Source: a phage. From it: 64,000 nucleotides of DNA. Positions 8,893-19,639 of the stretch are shown here, one piece after another. The notes beneath the pieces are model-generated. The model saw only the letters and a list, made by a program, of their open reading frames with translations. It did no database searches and was not told the DNA's origin. Every line of letters starts with the position of its first letter. The stretch's first letter is position 1. The stretch lies in assembly GCA_027262695.1 (NCBI GenBank), contig GCA_027262695.1_4722.1. One strand, given 5' to 3'. The position numbers and the translations under genes are program-made.

Positions 8893-9476
8893 GGGACATA
8901 AACCTCCATCAACATCGCATAAAGCGCACCAAGCCCGTGTAGGACTCGGTTAGGGGCAAAGGTAGGTGTATAGCAGACTTGTTCAGTGGGCGCTTGCTGA
9001 CGCAGATCGAGAGGATCCCCGTTGATAAGCATTTGCAGAAGGTCGGTGTCGTCCTGTAAGGTATCTTCATCGATATATGCATCAACACAGAGCAGTCGAT
9101 GTAACTGTTCGGGTTTAATTGAAATGCCGACAACCATGCAGTTGTTGTAGGTCGCGTTGTCCAGAAAGAAGTGAATAACCCCTGCCTGCGGATCGCCGCT
9201 GTAATGTAGCCATTGAGTAAAACCCGCCGACATCATCCACAACGGGTTATGTTGCAATGCGCCGACAACACGGGTTTCGAATTCCAAACCGAACTTCTGG
9301 AAGATCGCGCCCATCTGGAAACGATCTTCATCCAAACGGTAACGGAAGATACAGGCATCAGAGCCTGTTGAGTTATCATACACCGAAAGATACCCACGAT
9401 GGATTTCCACGGTAACGTTGTTATCATTAAGCGTAGCGCTTGCGACGCCGTTAGCAAAGGTTGGTACAAAGCTCAT
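8877..9476 (-). CDS. hypothetical protein
   Basis: ORF track, 199 aa; AAGGA RBS. Confidence 0.55.
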   Translation of the reverse strand: MSFVPTFANGVASATLNDNNVTVEIHRGYLSVYDNSTGSDACIFRYRLDEDRFQMGAIFQKFGLEFETRVVGALQHNPLWMMSAGFTQWLHYSGDPQAGVIHFFLDNATYNNCMVVGISIKPEQLHRLLCVDAYIDEDTLQDDTDLLQMLINGDPLDLRQQAPTEQVCYTPTFAPNRVLHGLGALYAMLMEVYVPCFKN

Positions 9477-10024
9477 CTTGTAATCCTTAATTTACCTGAA
9501 TGAATGATTGTTGTTGGGTCGACGACGCGACCGTATTTCGCGTTACGTAGTACACGATGCCCAAAGAAGTCAGCGGTTTCTAACACAACCGTATAACAAC
9601 CCAGTTGATGTTGGTGCCCCCAAAACCGCTCAATGGGAATCCAGCATGGTGTCATGCCTTTATGTCGCCAATCGGTAACGCAACCAAATTCAGCAAACTG
9701 CTCAGTAAACCACTCGTCGATATCGGTATCCGTAAAGAGAAAGACATGATCTCTAACCAGATAAGCGAATCCAGGATAAAAAAGCTGCGGGTCGTCAGCG
9801 TCACGAAGATAGACACGAAGTTTATCTAACGTGCCCTCGATAACGATCGTATCGGGTAATCCTGGCGGTGTGAATCGAAGTTGGAAATTATCCTCGTTTG
9901 CTGAAGCGTTAACCAAATACCCCAATTGAAGAGGTCGATGCAATTCGAAGAGATTGAACGTTAGTGCATATTCGATATACTCTAATCCTATATTCATGTT
10001 TGACCTATGTGGTATGGATGACAT
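9473..10024 (-). CDS. hypothetical protein
   Basis: ORF 9473..10051 trimmed to the Met (MSSIPHR) that has a GAAGG RBS. Confidence 0.5.
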   Translation of the reverse strand: MSSIPHRSNMNIGLEYIEYALTFNLFELHRPLQLGYLVNASANEDNFQLRFTPPGLPDTIVIEGTLDKLRVYLRDADDPQLFYPGFAYLVRDHVFLFTDTDIDEWFTEQFAEFGCVTDWRHKGMTPCWIPIERFWGHQHQLGCYTVVLETADFFGHRVLRNAKYGRVVDPTTIIHSGKLRITR

Positions 10025-10135
10025 TACGTTGCCTTCCGCGGATATAATCATGAAGGTAATGTAGGTTTATTTTAATCTCCATTTCGCGATGATATGACAG
10101 TCTTTATTACGTTTACCATCTGAGGGAGCATGCTC

Positions 10136-11374
10136 ATGTCTTCTATTTTACAGGTGTTTAATGCGCATGCGGAAGGCATTGACATCGACGAGTATTTTGT
10201 TAATCAGGTTATCCGTTACGCAACACGCTTCCGTACGCAAGACCAAGAACACATGCGTTTTTTCGGTGGGGTTTTATTAGGCGTACAGAAAATCCGATTC
10301 ACAACAAGACATAACGATATGTGGTTTTCCGACGTCTTGATGATGGATGAAGAAAGCTTACGACGCGATTTAAGTAAACTACCTTTTTACAACACGCAAA
10401 CCAACCGTGTTGCGTCAAACGCGTTTAACCTTAGCTGCTGTTGGTTGCTTCATGCGATTTTCCACAGCAAACAGATCAAAAAAGAAAAGGTTCGTGAAGC
10501 CGGGATGCTTGCAGCAATGCAAGTCCTTCATTATAAATTCATTTGTGGCCTGGTGGCACGCCGTTATCCGTACAACGCTGATCCAGCGATTGCTATTAAG
10601 GCGTATGATGAGTTGACCCTCAAATCAGGCATCAAGCGCATGAACAGCTGGAACGAGTATATCGATGAACGCTGTAATGCCATCATTGCGCGTAACAGTA
10701 CCCACTTCAGTCGTTGGTCGACCTTAGAACCGGATAGCGTTGCTGAGCGTTTCGTACGTGACGTGAATACGGGGATTCGTAAAGTGATCAACCGTATCAC
10801 CGACACCTATTACGCGATGTATGAAGAAGGTAAGAAAATCGGCACGTCATCACAAACCGTAGAATTAGATGACGGTCTCGCTGTTCGCGACATTAAACGT
10901 AACGAAACCACCTACCGGCAATACCTGTTCGAAATCGCTTATGACCGAACAAGTTTCGTTAAACGCGAACTAATGGTGGTTATCCTCGACGTGCATCATA
11001 CAACCAACCTCCTGTCTCTTGAACGCGCATTAAGCTATATCAGCGCTAATGTAGAACGTCCAACGAAAGACGGAAAACAGGTCTCTCAAATGCTGCGGCT
11101 TGTAATGGAACATGCGATCGAATACATCATCTTGAATAAAGTCGATATGCGTGACTTAACGTTCTTATTCTACATGCGTAACGTCTACACGTCTAACCGT
11201 ACCAGCAACCCGAAACTGTTAGAACTTCGTAAGATCGGCTCTGAAGTCATTAAGAAAGCAACCAACGCAAGAAACGATGCTGAAGCAGCAGCAACCCGCA
11301 CCGGGGTCTTTCTGTATATCCTGCTTCGTGTGTTTAGTCGCAACTATTACGTTCGTCGTGCGATGTCACGGTAA
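10136..11374 (+). CDS. hypothetical protein
   Basis: ORF 10130..11374; second ATG preferred because of GAGGGAG RBS spacing. Confidence 0.6.
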   Translation: MSSILQVFNAHAEGIDIDEYFVNQVIRYATRFRTQDQEHMRFFGGVLLGVQKIRFTTRHNDMWFSDVLMMDEESLRRDLSKLPFYNTQTNRVASNAFNLSCCWLLHAIFHSKQIKKEKVREAGMLAAMQVLHYKFICGLVARRYPYNADPAIAIKAYDELTLKSGIKRMNSWNEYIDERCNAIIARNSTHFSRWSTLEPDSVAERFVRDVNTGIRKVINRITDTYYAMYEEGKKIGTSSQTVELDDGLAVRDIKRNETTYRQYLFEIAYDRTSFVKRELMVVILDVHHTTNLLSLERALSYISANVERPTKDGKQVSQMLRLVMEHAIEYIILNKVDMRDLTFLFYMRNVYTSNRTSNPKLLELRKIGSEVIKKATNARNDAEAAATRTGVFLYILLRVFSRNYYVRRAMSR

Positions 11375-11513
11375 AGTTTTACTGCCGTTGGTTATTATTT
11401 GAAGCATAGGGCTTCACCCAGGAGTACCATCCCTTTAAGCCATTTATCCTCTCCTGGTTAACTGTCGTTCTCTCACAGTGCTCGACAGACCAAAAATGCT
11501 CAGGCCCCATAGT

Positions 11514-11542
11514 CCTCCTCTGGGAATGGAACCCAGAGGAGG
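11514..11542. terminator. GC-rich hairpin CCTCCTCTGGG-AATGGAA-CCCAGAGGAGG, putative terminator
   Basis: Perfect 11-bp stem followed on the plus strand by CTATGTTTATT. Confidence 0.4.
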
Positions 11543-11562
11543 CTATGTTTATTATGCTGTCG

Positions 11563-11871
11563 TTAAAACTCAATTCGACCTTTTGTGGTAAATAATACAC
11601 CTCTTTGCCAACAGAAAAGATCCTCCGATTGCGCACATACACGAATACCCGCATCGAACAAATGTTTTGTTCTGGCGCTTAAACAATCTGAATCTTCTAC
11701 GTACAACAGAAGACGTTGACATTTATTCTGAATGCGTTCAACAAGAATGTTCTTATCGCTTAAAATAGAATGCGCGTTATCCGTTAAGTTATCGTCTGTT
11801 TCCAGCTGTTTAACAAGTTTGATTAAAATACGTAATTGCTCGAGTGTGTCATGATCAAGTGAATCGCCCAT
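11563..11871 (-). CDS. hypothetical protein
   Basis: ORF 11563..11883 (TTG start in track) trimmed to the ATG with a GAGGT RBS. Confidence 0.45.
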   Translation of the reverse strand: MGDSLDHDTLEQLRILIKLVKQLETDDNLTDNAHSILSDKNILVERIQNKCQRLLLYVEDSDCLSARTKHLFDAGIRVCAQSEDLFCWQRGVLFTTKGRIEF

Positions 11872-11953
11872 GGCGTACCTCAACGTTATACGTCGTTCGT
11901 ATTATAATACTTAGACTCCCCATCGGAATTAACGGGGAGTCTGCAAATCGTGC

Positions 11954-14185
11954 TTAGAAAAAACCTCCCGGACGGTATTGTCCCATCGTCATCCACGCGT
12001 TACGAGAAATATTCCGTTCGTTTGAGGAGCGGCTTATTTGACGATACGTGTTCGCGCGTTCTTCCCTTGCTTTCGTGATCATCGCGTCAATAGAAACAGA
12101 CGCTGAATCCTCCCCACGTATCTTCCCTTTATACGTAAGAAGCTCTGCCTCCAAACGATCCAAAATGAGGCCGTTGGTTTCGGTTTTGAGCAGCTCATAG
12201 ATTTCAGCAACACGTTGACGTAACTTCGCCTGCTGTTGGTTCAGATACGCTTCGTAGGGGTCTATTTCACCGGTCACCGATGCCGGTAAACGACTCATGA
12301 CTTTAAGGGGATCGATACCATAATGGATCTGTTTCTTAGCACGCTTAATGAACCACATCGCCAACATCCACGCAAAGGTCATGTCATCATGCATTCCATC
12401 TTGGTGGTCAACACGTCCGTCTTTAATCACCAGTCCGAGAATCTCAGAACACAGCATCTTGTCGCGTAATTGTCCACGCGTTTCTACAATACCTTCCATC
12501 AAGATGTCGGAATATAATTCCATACGTTTGCGCGCATCCGTGGTGAAACCCAGATGCTTCTTACGTTGTGCGTACCAGCTTTCATCACGCATGCTTAACG
12601 GTAATTTCAAGTCTTCAAACATCGCCGGGTTGTCAGCATGTCTGTCCACAATGGTGTTATAGACACGTTTGAATACATCGATACCCGCTTGTCTTAGGAA
12701 CTCCTCGATCGCGTCTAACAGCATAATCGCACTGCTTTTACGTTCAGGAATCAACGTCACATTTTTATATCGCATCAGGAAGTTCGCTATCCAGCGCGCA
12801 AATGAAAGCAAGCTTAACTTATTAAAACGACCTGTCGCCACAACCTCTGCTGTTTCCACGTCAACCATGACCAGACCGATAGCATCTCGACCAATCGCAT
12901 CACTGGTATCCAAACCCGCAACCACCTTATTGTTCTGCATGTAGGTTTCGATCTGACCTCGAGGGATATACCAGTTAACGCAGTAGCCTTCAGGTGAAAT
13001 CTCAATGTGGTCGATTTCACGTTGTCCCGCCATGATCATTTCAACCATCTCAGCGGTTAACGGGCTTTCTGCTGAACCGTTGGTCCAGATGTTCATGTAG
13101 TCGCGGTCTTTCTGGAGTTTGTCACCTTCCGTTTCGTTCATGGTTTTCGCTAACCATTCATCACTGAATCCCAGCTGGGCATGGTTCCATTGCGCACCAA
13201 TCCTGACGGTCGCCTTGCTAAGTTCGCACGGTACATTGTTCAATACCGTTTGATGTAAATGTTTTTCGTTACGGCAATCAAAGAAACTTTCAGAGAACGG
13301 CGCTGAACGCATGAAAACTTCATACGCCCATTTTCCTTCACGTTTATCCAATTCCCCAGCCGTTGTTGTGTAGATGATACTGGTTAAGTCACCGTTACTT
13401 AACGCTTCATCACGTGCCGCACCCATCGCACCGATACCGGCAGGAACAATGATTTCAATGTATTTCGTAAACGCGGTTTCGTCGCTATGGAATATCGGGG
13501 TGGTTAGACCACGGCCGATGTTCGTGGCTTGTTTCTTATCCGATCGCGGAATCTTCACCGAAAGCTTGTTCTTAAAACGCGTGTAGGTGACGTTTTCTTT
13601 GTTCGATGAGTCACGGCTATCCAGCGTCCAGAGATACGCCGGTAACAGATCACGGATACTACGCACGTCTTCTACTGTTTTCGTACGCGCATCACCGTCT
13701 TTTGTTAGCTGGATGACTTCGGTGTTACGACTGCGTACATACGTCAGATAGCAAAACAAACCTAACATGGTCATGGATTTACCAGTCTGACGTATCTGTA
13801 TCTGATACCAGTTCGTTCGTGTGAATATCCCCCACAGCATCGGAATATTACCGCGGTTAGCACGGAATGAGATTTTGTTGTCACCCGCTTTTGCTGGGAC
13901 ACGCATCACTTCACGGAAGAAGTACCATGGATTGAGGTAACATTCTGCACTGATCATCTGAATCTGTTCAGACGTCAAATTCGGCGCATGAGGATCCACA
14001 CCAATCAATCTTGGATTCAACAACGCCATGAAGAACGCGGAGTTACGAACGCCGAATTCACGACGGTATAAAATCGCTAAATCACGCCAACTTGTGTTTG
14101 TTGTTTCCCAGTGCGGAACCGCTTGAGGAAAATAATCCCAATCCTCCTCAAACAGAATGATTTTCTTCGGATCAACAATCGACAT
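11954..14185 (-). CDS. terL: terminase large subunit (ATPase plus nuclease)
   Basis: 743 aa; Walker A-like QTGKS in the N-terminal half, AGLDTSD...D nuclease-type acidic motif in the C-terminal half; GGAGGAG RBS. Confidence 0.65.
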   Translation of the reverse strand: MSIVDPKKIILFEEDWDYFPQAVPHWETTNTSWRDLAILYRREFGVRNSAFFMALLNPRLIGVDPHAPNLTSEQIQMISAECYLNPWYFFREVMRVPAKAGDNKISFRANRGNIPMLWGIFTRTNWYQIQIRQTGKSMTMLGLFCYLTYVRSRNTEVIQLTKDGDARTKTVEDVRSIRDLLPAYLWTLDSRDSSNKENVTYTRFKNKLSVKIPRSDKKQATNIGRGLTTPIFHSDETAFTKYIEIIVPAGIGAMGAARDEALSNGDLTSIIYTTTAGELDKREGKWAYEVFMRSAPFSESFFDCRNEKHLHQTVLNNVPCELSKATVRIGAQWNHAQLGFSDEWLAKTMNETEGDKLQKDRDYMNIWTNGSAESPLTAEMVEMIMAGQREIDHIEISPEGYCVNWYIPRGQIETYMQNNKVVAGLDTSDAIGRDAIGLVMVDVETAEVVATGRFNKLSLLSFARWIANFLMRYKNVTLIPERKSSAIMLLDAIEEFLRQAGIDVFKRVYNTIVDRHADNPAMFEDLKLPLSMRDESWYAQRKKHLGFTTDARKRMELYSDILMEGIVETRGQLRDKMLCSEILGLVIKDGRVDHQDGMHDDMTFAWMLAMWFIKRAKKQIHYGIDPLKVMSRLPASVTGEIDPYEAYLNQQQAKLRQRVAEIYELLKTETNGLILDRLEAELLTYKGKIRGEDSASVSIDAMITKAREERANTYRQISRSSNERNISRNAWMTMGQYRPGGFF

Positions 14186-14235
14186 ATAAACTCCTCCGAT
14201 GGAGGGTGCTCGGCACCCTCCATCGTTGTATTACC

Positions 14236-15975
14236 TTATGCGACTTTACTAATAACGACGGCAGTGATACCGAGATGGAGGTCAACGCCGTTCTGTACTT
14301 TAATCCAGCGGATATACAGGTTAGCGTTATCCTGTCCCGTACCACCTGGGACGTTATTGTTCTTATTCCATTGTGAGATTTCGAAACGTTTCTGCACGTT
14401 AGGGCCAACCATGATTTCAAAGTGGGTTGGTTCTGGTGCTTTCGATTCCGTCTTCTCAAGATAAAGCGGATGGGTTGAGTAGTAAAGCTGATTCAACCAT
14501 TCACCCAGGTCTGAGTGTTTGTTCGTCAAGTCAACGTACGCGTTACCGGCAACGTCGTAAGAGAACAACGCTTTCGTATTACGGCCGTATACATCCGTTG
14601 TTGTTGGGGTGGTCTGCGAACTGAAGGTAACTGTCCAGTAATCACCGGATGTTGCCGAACCGGCTTGCAGCAACGTCATGCGAATCGTCTGTGTATGACG
14701 TACACGTTTGTAAACGGTAGGGTCGACTTCATCCAGCCAGATGTTGTACGCAAACTCTTGAGGTTGTCCGTATTTCTTCGGACTGAACTCAGGACTGTTC
14801 AACGCTAATTGGACTTTGTCGGTAACGTTGTAATACCGTTCACGGTCAACGTTATACAGCCAGAACACCAGCTCGTAACCCACAGCGTCAGATACCCATT
14901 GCGGATAACAGAACAGCTTAACGCTATACGCGCCCTTCGCTTCTTTCGAAACGACGGTGTATGGAACACTGATGTGTTTCACTGCACCTGGTAATGCGTA
15001 GGAGGTATCTTCATCATCATCCAGGTAGTAGTGCAGCGCCAGTGGGTGTTTGCTGTTAATGACCTGAGACGTGAAGACGTTAAGGCCATCCAACACAACC
15101 TTGTTCCCGGTAACAGGCCAGTACTTGATAGAACCGTCGCTGTACGTGACTTCTGCCTGAAGGTCGACGGAGTCCAAGTTGACGTTGATTGGTAGCTCAA
15201 GGAGTTTGGAATCGCTGCTGCTAAGCCAGGTCGATTTCAGTCGTACTCCGTCTTCCAGGATGTACTTAATACCTTGGTCTGGTGTACGGACATAATCAGT
15301 AATACGAACGATCATGCGTTTCATCGACAACGGTTGTGGACCATCACCGTAACCGACCACCATCACTTGTTCGAAGTCTTCTACAGGTTTAATGCAGTAG
15401 CCTTCACGGGGTGCCCAGATGGCTTTGTTCGTTCCGTCTTTATAAGCGATAAGCTGACAGGGAATAAAATCGCTGATCTTATTACCGCTATTATCATACA
15501 TCGCACTGATGATTTCGCCGTTGGCGCTGATATCAGAACCACGGAAGACCGCAATACGTCGAATATCCGAACCGTGTAGATGGAAACGACGGTCGATGTT
15601 CATCGTTGCTGGAATAGTGTTCGTATTAATCAATACCCGCCAGGTATCGTACGACCAGGTTGGGTCGATCCCTTCAAAGGTTGTTGTTTCATCACCTTTG
15701 CCATCGAAGGGCGCTGACAATTGACCAATGAGCTTAAGGGTACTCAGTTTCGTTCTGTCATCAACAGCGATAACCCGATACACCGCGTTGGTGTCCCAGT
15801 CTTCAACTTTATCATCCACGTTAGGAACATAAAGCTTCCAGTCTTCTTCAACACCATTGTAGATCTCTTTATACGCATATGTGGTATAGCGTCTGTCGAG
15901 ATCCTGAATAGCGAGTTTATCCGGATGCTGTTGTGCGTAAAGCACCGGATTGGTAATCTCTCTTCCCATTATCAC
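14236..15975 (-). CDS. hypothetical protein (possibly virion structural)
   Basis: ORF track, 579 aa; adjacent to terL and overlaps the next gene by 4 nt. Confidence 0.55.
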   Translation of the reverse strand: MIMGREITNPVLYAQQHPDKLAIQDLDRRYTTYAYKEIYNGVEEDWKLYVPNVDDKVEDWDTNAVYRVIAVDDRTKLSTLKLIGQLSAPFDGKGDETTTFEGIDPTWSYDTWRVLINTNTIPATMNIDRRFHLHGSDIRRIAVFRGSDISANGEIISAMYDNSGNKISDFIPCQLIAYKDGTNKAIWAPREGYCIKPVEDFEQVMVVGYGDGPQPLSMKRMIVRITDYVRTPDQGIKYILEDGVRLKSTWLSSSDSKLLELPINVNLDSVDLQAEVTYSDGSIKYWPVTGNKVVLDGLNVFTSQVINSKHPLALHYYLDDDEDTSYALPGAVKHISVPYTVVSKEAKGAYSVKLFCYPQWVSDAVGYELVFWLYNVDRERYYNVTDKVQLALNSPEFSPKKYGQPQEFAYNIWLDEVDPTVYKRVRHTQTIRMTLLQAGSATSGDYWTVTFSSQTTPTTTDVYGRNTKALFSYDVAGNAYVDLTNKHSDLGEWLNQLYYSTHPLYLEKTESKAPEPTHFEIMVGPNVQKRFEISQWNKNNNVPGGTGQDNANLYIRWIKVQNGVDLHLGITAVVISKVA

Positions 15976-18566
15976 TCACCTTTGATTGTGTAAAACTTCG
16001 TGAAGTCCACGCGATCTTTCAAGAACTCACGACTGACACGTTCTAAGAACCGCAACTGTTTAACTGTGACTTCAAGCGGTGTCCAACTGTCGTGTGGATG
16101 AATAGAAACCATCCGCCAATCGTAATTGCGTAACGCAGGATCGTAATCATAGAACCATTTATACGGTTTCATGAAATCCATCAACTTAACGTCCTGCATA
16201 TCGGGATCGGGATCGATAACACCGTTGATAAGATCGTACGTTACCGCCATCAGCGTTGGACTGATCAGCTGATATTTGTTTTCGATCGTGACCGGCGTAT
16301 CGTACTGCACGCGAGGGAAATACAAGGACATATAGTCTTCAACGCGTTTGTCGGTTTCAAGACTCTTATCACGCAGGTAATACGTGTCTGTATTAACCAG
16401 ACCACGGATGGGGGCAATAACACGGTAAATCGCATAAGGCAATCCATCATTGACTTTGATGGTTGCTGGGTATTGGGTATCTTCAGCCAACACCACTTCG
16501 CTGCGATCCCAAATCCGACCACCGGCAACGATACGAACAACATGATCGTCACGAACGTTGAACACATCATCGTAAGACAGCTGACCATGCATCGTCCAAC
16601 CGGTGTCATACACGGTTTCACCGGTTAAGTCCGTACGTGGGAAACCCGTGCATCTTATCGTGACCGTATGTGTATTCCCTTCACCGAAATAACGCTTCGC
16701 ATTGATGACGATCGTTGGCCATTTTACGATATAGTCGATATCGCGTACCAGACTGTAGCTCTTAGTAGCTTTTTCGTCACCTAACCAGACTTCGATTTGA
16801 CCGGGTTCGAACGGCAGCGGGTATTCGATATCGATACCCGTAGTAACGTCCAACCACACGGTATGGTTACGATGTTGTATGGTGGTCTTGTAGGCCAAGA
16901 AGTAGGTGTCGAACAATACCAACCCGGTTTGTTTTCTTCCATCCAACGACCACTTAATCACACCGTTCTCTTCCGTTACCACAGAAGCATCATCGGTAAC
17001 ATCTTTCCATGTGTTTGCGACAGGTTGCCCATTACGAAGATTGACGCTATAGCAGCGATAACTTGCCCATTCACGAACAGGTACATCAGCAACACCCTTC
17101 ACGTAATCAAGCGTTCTTCCACCGACACCTGAACGACCCTCAACATACGACGTTGTTGGGTATTGTGGATAGAAATGTCGTCCAGCAGGATGTTGGGTGA
17201 TCCCTAACAAAAGGCCATTGCTATCATACTCGAAGAACGTTGCATTTGCACGCAACCCCCATGGGACTTCAGCAGCAGGCGTACCCATATCGTCGGTAAC
17301 ACGTTGTGGGCTATCCGCAACCAGTTTCGCCATCGCGTTATACCCGTAAGCAGAAGTCACCATGTCGATCGTGATATTGCTTTCCTTATTACGCATGATG
17401 CGTGTATAGTTGCTGGCTTCAAGTGTGCGTGCAAAGAACTCGGGTATATTCGCGTTCTGTTCTAACATCGCACCGATAATGACGTCGTCTGGAAGTTTAT
17501 ACAACTCGTGGATGCGATTATGTTCGAAGGTCAAATGCGTTTTCAAGCCGCTATCACGGACAATAACTTCCAACGTTAAATCGCGAAGTGATTCAGCCCC
17601 ATCAACACGTTCAACGAAATAGCTGACGTAATCAACAGGAATCCCGTAATCACGATGCGTAAGCATGCGGATACTATTTTCCTGGTTGGTGTGGTAGTAA
17701 CGTCCTTTTCCGTTAGGGCCTTTCACGTAAATATCGACATCATCACGATACTGAATCTTAATATCTTTCTCATCTTTCGGTGGATGAATCAGATACTTCA
17801 CTTTCTTGTCCAGATCGCTGTTATACGTTTTAAGGTCTTCGACACGGAAACTGTAACGATGGACAACCGTACCGTCGTAAACGACCTGAATGCTATCACC
17901 GATCTTAAAACTTGACGGCGGAATGTCTTCAACCGCTTCACCATTGATGCTGCAGTGCGTCCAGCCGATACCGGTTTCCTGGATCTTTTTACGCCATGCG
18001 TATAGCTGACGTTGCCACTGCAGAACCTGTGTGGAACTCGTCACGATACCGCCCAGGATATGCACTTCACGACCCGTCGGTTTTGTATACGCTGGATAAC
18101 CTTCAGCGAAGTCTGCGTTGAGATAGGTACGCCAGTAATAATCACCAACACCAAGATCGGCGATATTCGGTTGATCCAGTACGCAGATCAACATCGTTTC
18201 ATTTTCCAGGTTACCGGTCCACGTCAGTGTTAACGGGAATTCTTTACCGTCTTCGGTATAGATGTTGTAATAAGACCCTTTCACTTCGCAGAACTTGCTC
18301 AGTTCTCGCCACCATAACCGACCCGCCCCGACATTAAAATCCTCCCCCATATGGCGTCCGATAACAAACACATGGAACGTATTGGTATCATCAGGAAGAT
18401 TGAAGGTTCGATGCCAAGCGGTAAAATTTTTTACAGCGCCGGTTTTTCCGGTGATACGACGCATCTTGATACGATGCTGGTTGTCCATTAACGGACGGCA
18501 GTTCACGTTCAGCGCAGCATGATTGATCAAGTATTGCGCGGTAGGATTAGAAGCGTTCAACACCAC
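15972..18566 (-). CDS. hypothetical large protein (possibly virion structural)
   Basis: ORF track, 864 aa. Confidence 0.6.
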   Translation of the reverse strand: MVLNASNPTAQYLINHAALNVNCRPLMDNQHRIKMRRITGKTGAVKNFTAWHRTFNLPDDTNTFHVFVIGRHMGEDFNVGAGRLWWRELSKFCEVKGSYYNIYTEDGKEFPLTLTWTGNLENETMLICVLDQPNIADLGVGDYYWRTYLNADFAEGYPAYTKPTGREVHILGGIVTSSTQVLQWQRQLYAWRKKIQETGIGWTHCSINGEAVEDIPPSSFKIGDSIQVVYDGTVVHRYSFRVEDLKTYNSDLDKKVKYLIHPPKDEKDIKIQYRDDVDIYVKGPNGKGRYYHTNQENSIRMLTHRDYGIPVDYVSYFVERVDGAESLRDLTLEVIVRDSGLKTHLTFEHNRIHELYKLPDDVIIGAMLEQNANIPEFFARTLEASNYTRIMRNKESNITIDMVTSAYGYNAMAKLVADSPQRVTDDMGTPAAEVPWGLRANATFFEYDSNGLLLGITQHPAGRHFYPQYPTTSYVEGRSGVGGRTLDYVKGVADVPVREWASYRCYSVNLRNGQPVANTWKDVTDDASVVTEENGVIKWSLDGRKQTGLVLFDTYFLAYKTTIQHRNHTVWLDVTTGIDIEYPLPFEPGQIEVWLGDEKATKSYSLVRDIDYIVKWPTIVINAKRYFGEGNTHTVTIRCTGFPRTDLTGETVYDTGWTMHGQLSYDDVFNVRDDHVVRIVAGGRIWDRSEVVLAEDTQYPATIKVNDGLPYAIYRVIAPIRGLVNTDTYYLRDKSLETDKRVEDYMSLYFPRVQYDTPVTIENKYQLISPTLMAVTYDLINGVIDPDPDMQDVKLMDFMKPYKWFYDYDPALRNYDWRMVSIHPHDSWTPLEVTVKQLRFLERVSREFLKDRVDFTKFYTIKGE

Positions 18567-19494
18567 GGCATGCCTCCAGGAGGTATTTCATGTTGGCTTG
18601 GAAGTCGTTGACGTCACGCGCCATGCGACGCTGATCCGCCATGAGACGAGCCAACACGGTATCACGATAACCACGGTCGTGGTCAGCAGCAGAGCATAAA
18701 AGAATAAATGTTGGCGGATGCTCTAAAGCGATCCCGGCAACTTCTTTACTGTACCCCCCAACCCAACTGTAGGCGGTAATCTCAAACAACAGCGCTTGCG
18801 TTAACGTGTTCAAACGTGGGCTGATATTGCTTTCTTTTAATGCGGTAACAAAAGCCGCCATGTTAGGGATAAAGCCCAGGTTCTCGGTAACGATTCCGAT
18901 GCTCGCAAAGTCGTAACGAAGCGTTGTCTGGATGGTGCGTACCATCGTGAGTCTTTCATTATTTGTAAGGCTATCTTTAAATAAGCAAAGATAGTACCAC
19001 GCTGTTATGATGGCAACATCACGACGTTGTTGGAGATCCAGACCTAAACGTTGAGTAATTTGTCCGCTGATCCAATCGCAGAAGACACGCATTGGGATAG
19101 GACCAAGGCGTTCAAAAGGACGTGTGCCCAAGGATTCCCATCCTACCTGAAGATACGCACGTGATTGAAGAAAGTTATATTCACGTTCGTTAACGACGGT
19201 AGTACGCGATCCTGGGCGTGAAGTGTCAGTTGGTGTGCGGGCATAGGCACGCTGGTCGATGACGACGCGTTGCCCATCCATCACCGTTTTAATCACCAGC
19301 GGATGACCGAAGGAAGGAATATCGTCTAACGTGTTTTTGTTACCGATAACTTCTAAGACGGGGGTGTTTACACCATTTTCTTCTCCGGGTGCGCTTAACA
19401 ACCCACCGACATAAGCAACCTCGATGGCGGTGCGAATACGGTCAATCCCTTTGAGTTTTGTTCCAACAGTTGTGTCGTAAGGAGAGATGAACAT
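18547..19494 (-). CDS. hypothetical protein
   Basis: ORF 18547..19539 trimmed to Met 16 (MFISPYD), which has an AAGGAA RBS. Confidence 0.5.
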   Translation of the reverse strand: MFISPYDTTVGTKLKGIDRIRTAIEVAYVGGLLSAPGEENGVNTPVLEVIGNKNTLDDIPSFGHPLVIKTVMDGQRVVIDQRAYARTPTDTSRPGSRTTVVNEREYNFLQSRAYLQVGWESLGTRPFERLGPIPMRVFCDWISGQITQRLGLDLQQRRDVAIITAWYYLCLFKDSLTNNERLTMVRTIQTTLRYDFASIGIVTENLGFIPNMAAFVTALKESNISPRLNTLTQALLFEITAYSWVGGYSKEVAGIALEHPPTFILLCSAADHDRGYRDTVLARLMADQRRMARDVNDFQANMKYLLEACRGVERF

Positions 19495-19639
19495 AGATAA
19501 TTCCTTTATTACGGCATAGTAAGAAAACGGGTTACGCACACAGATTTAAGCATAATGGTAATATTTTACGTAATGCCTATGACATTGTGTCACGTGTGCA
19601 ATTATGTCATACAATTTCCTTAATTTAAGGAGAGTTATA

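Noticed and set aside
11379-11654. 91-aa minus-strand ORF
   Set aside because: Spans two GC-rich hairpins in an intergenic region and overlaps gene 11563..11871; no RBS; likely non-coding.
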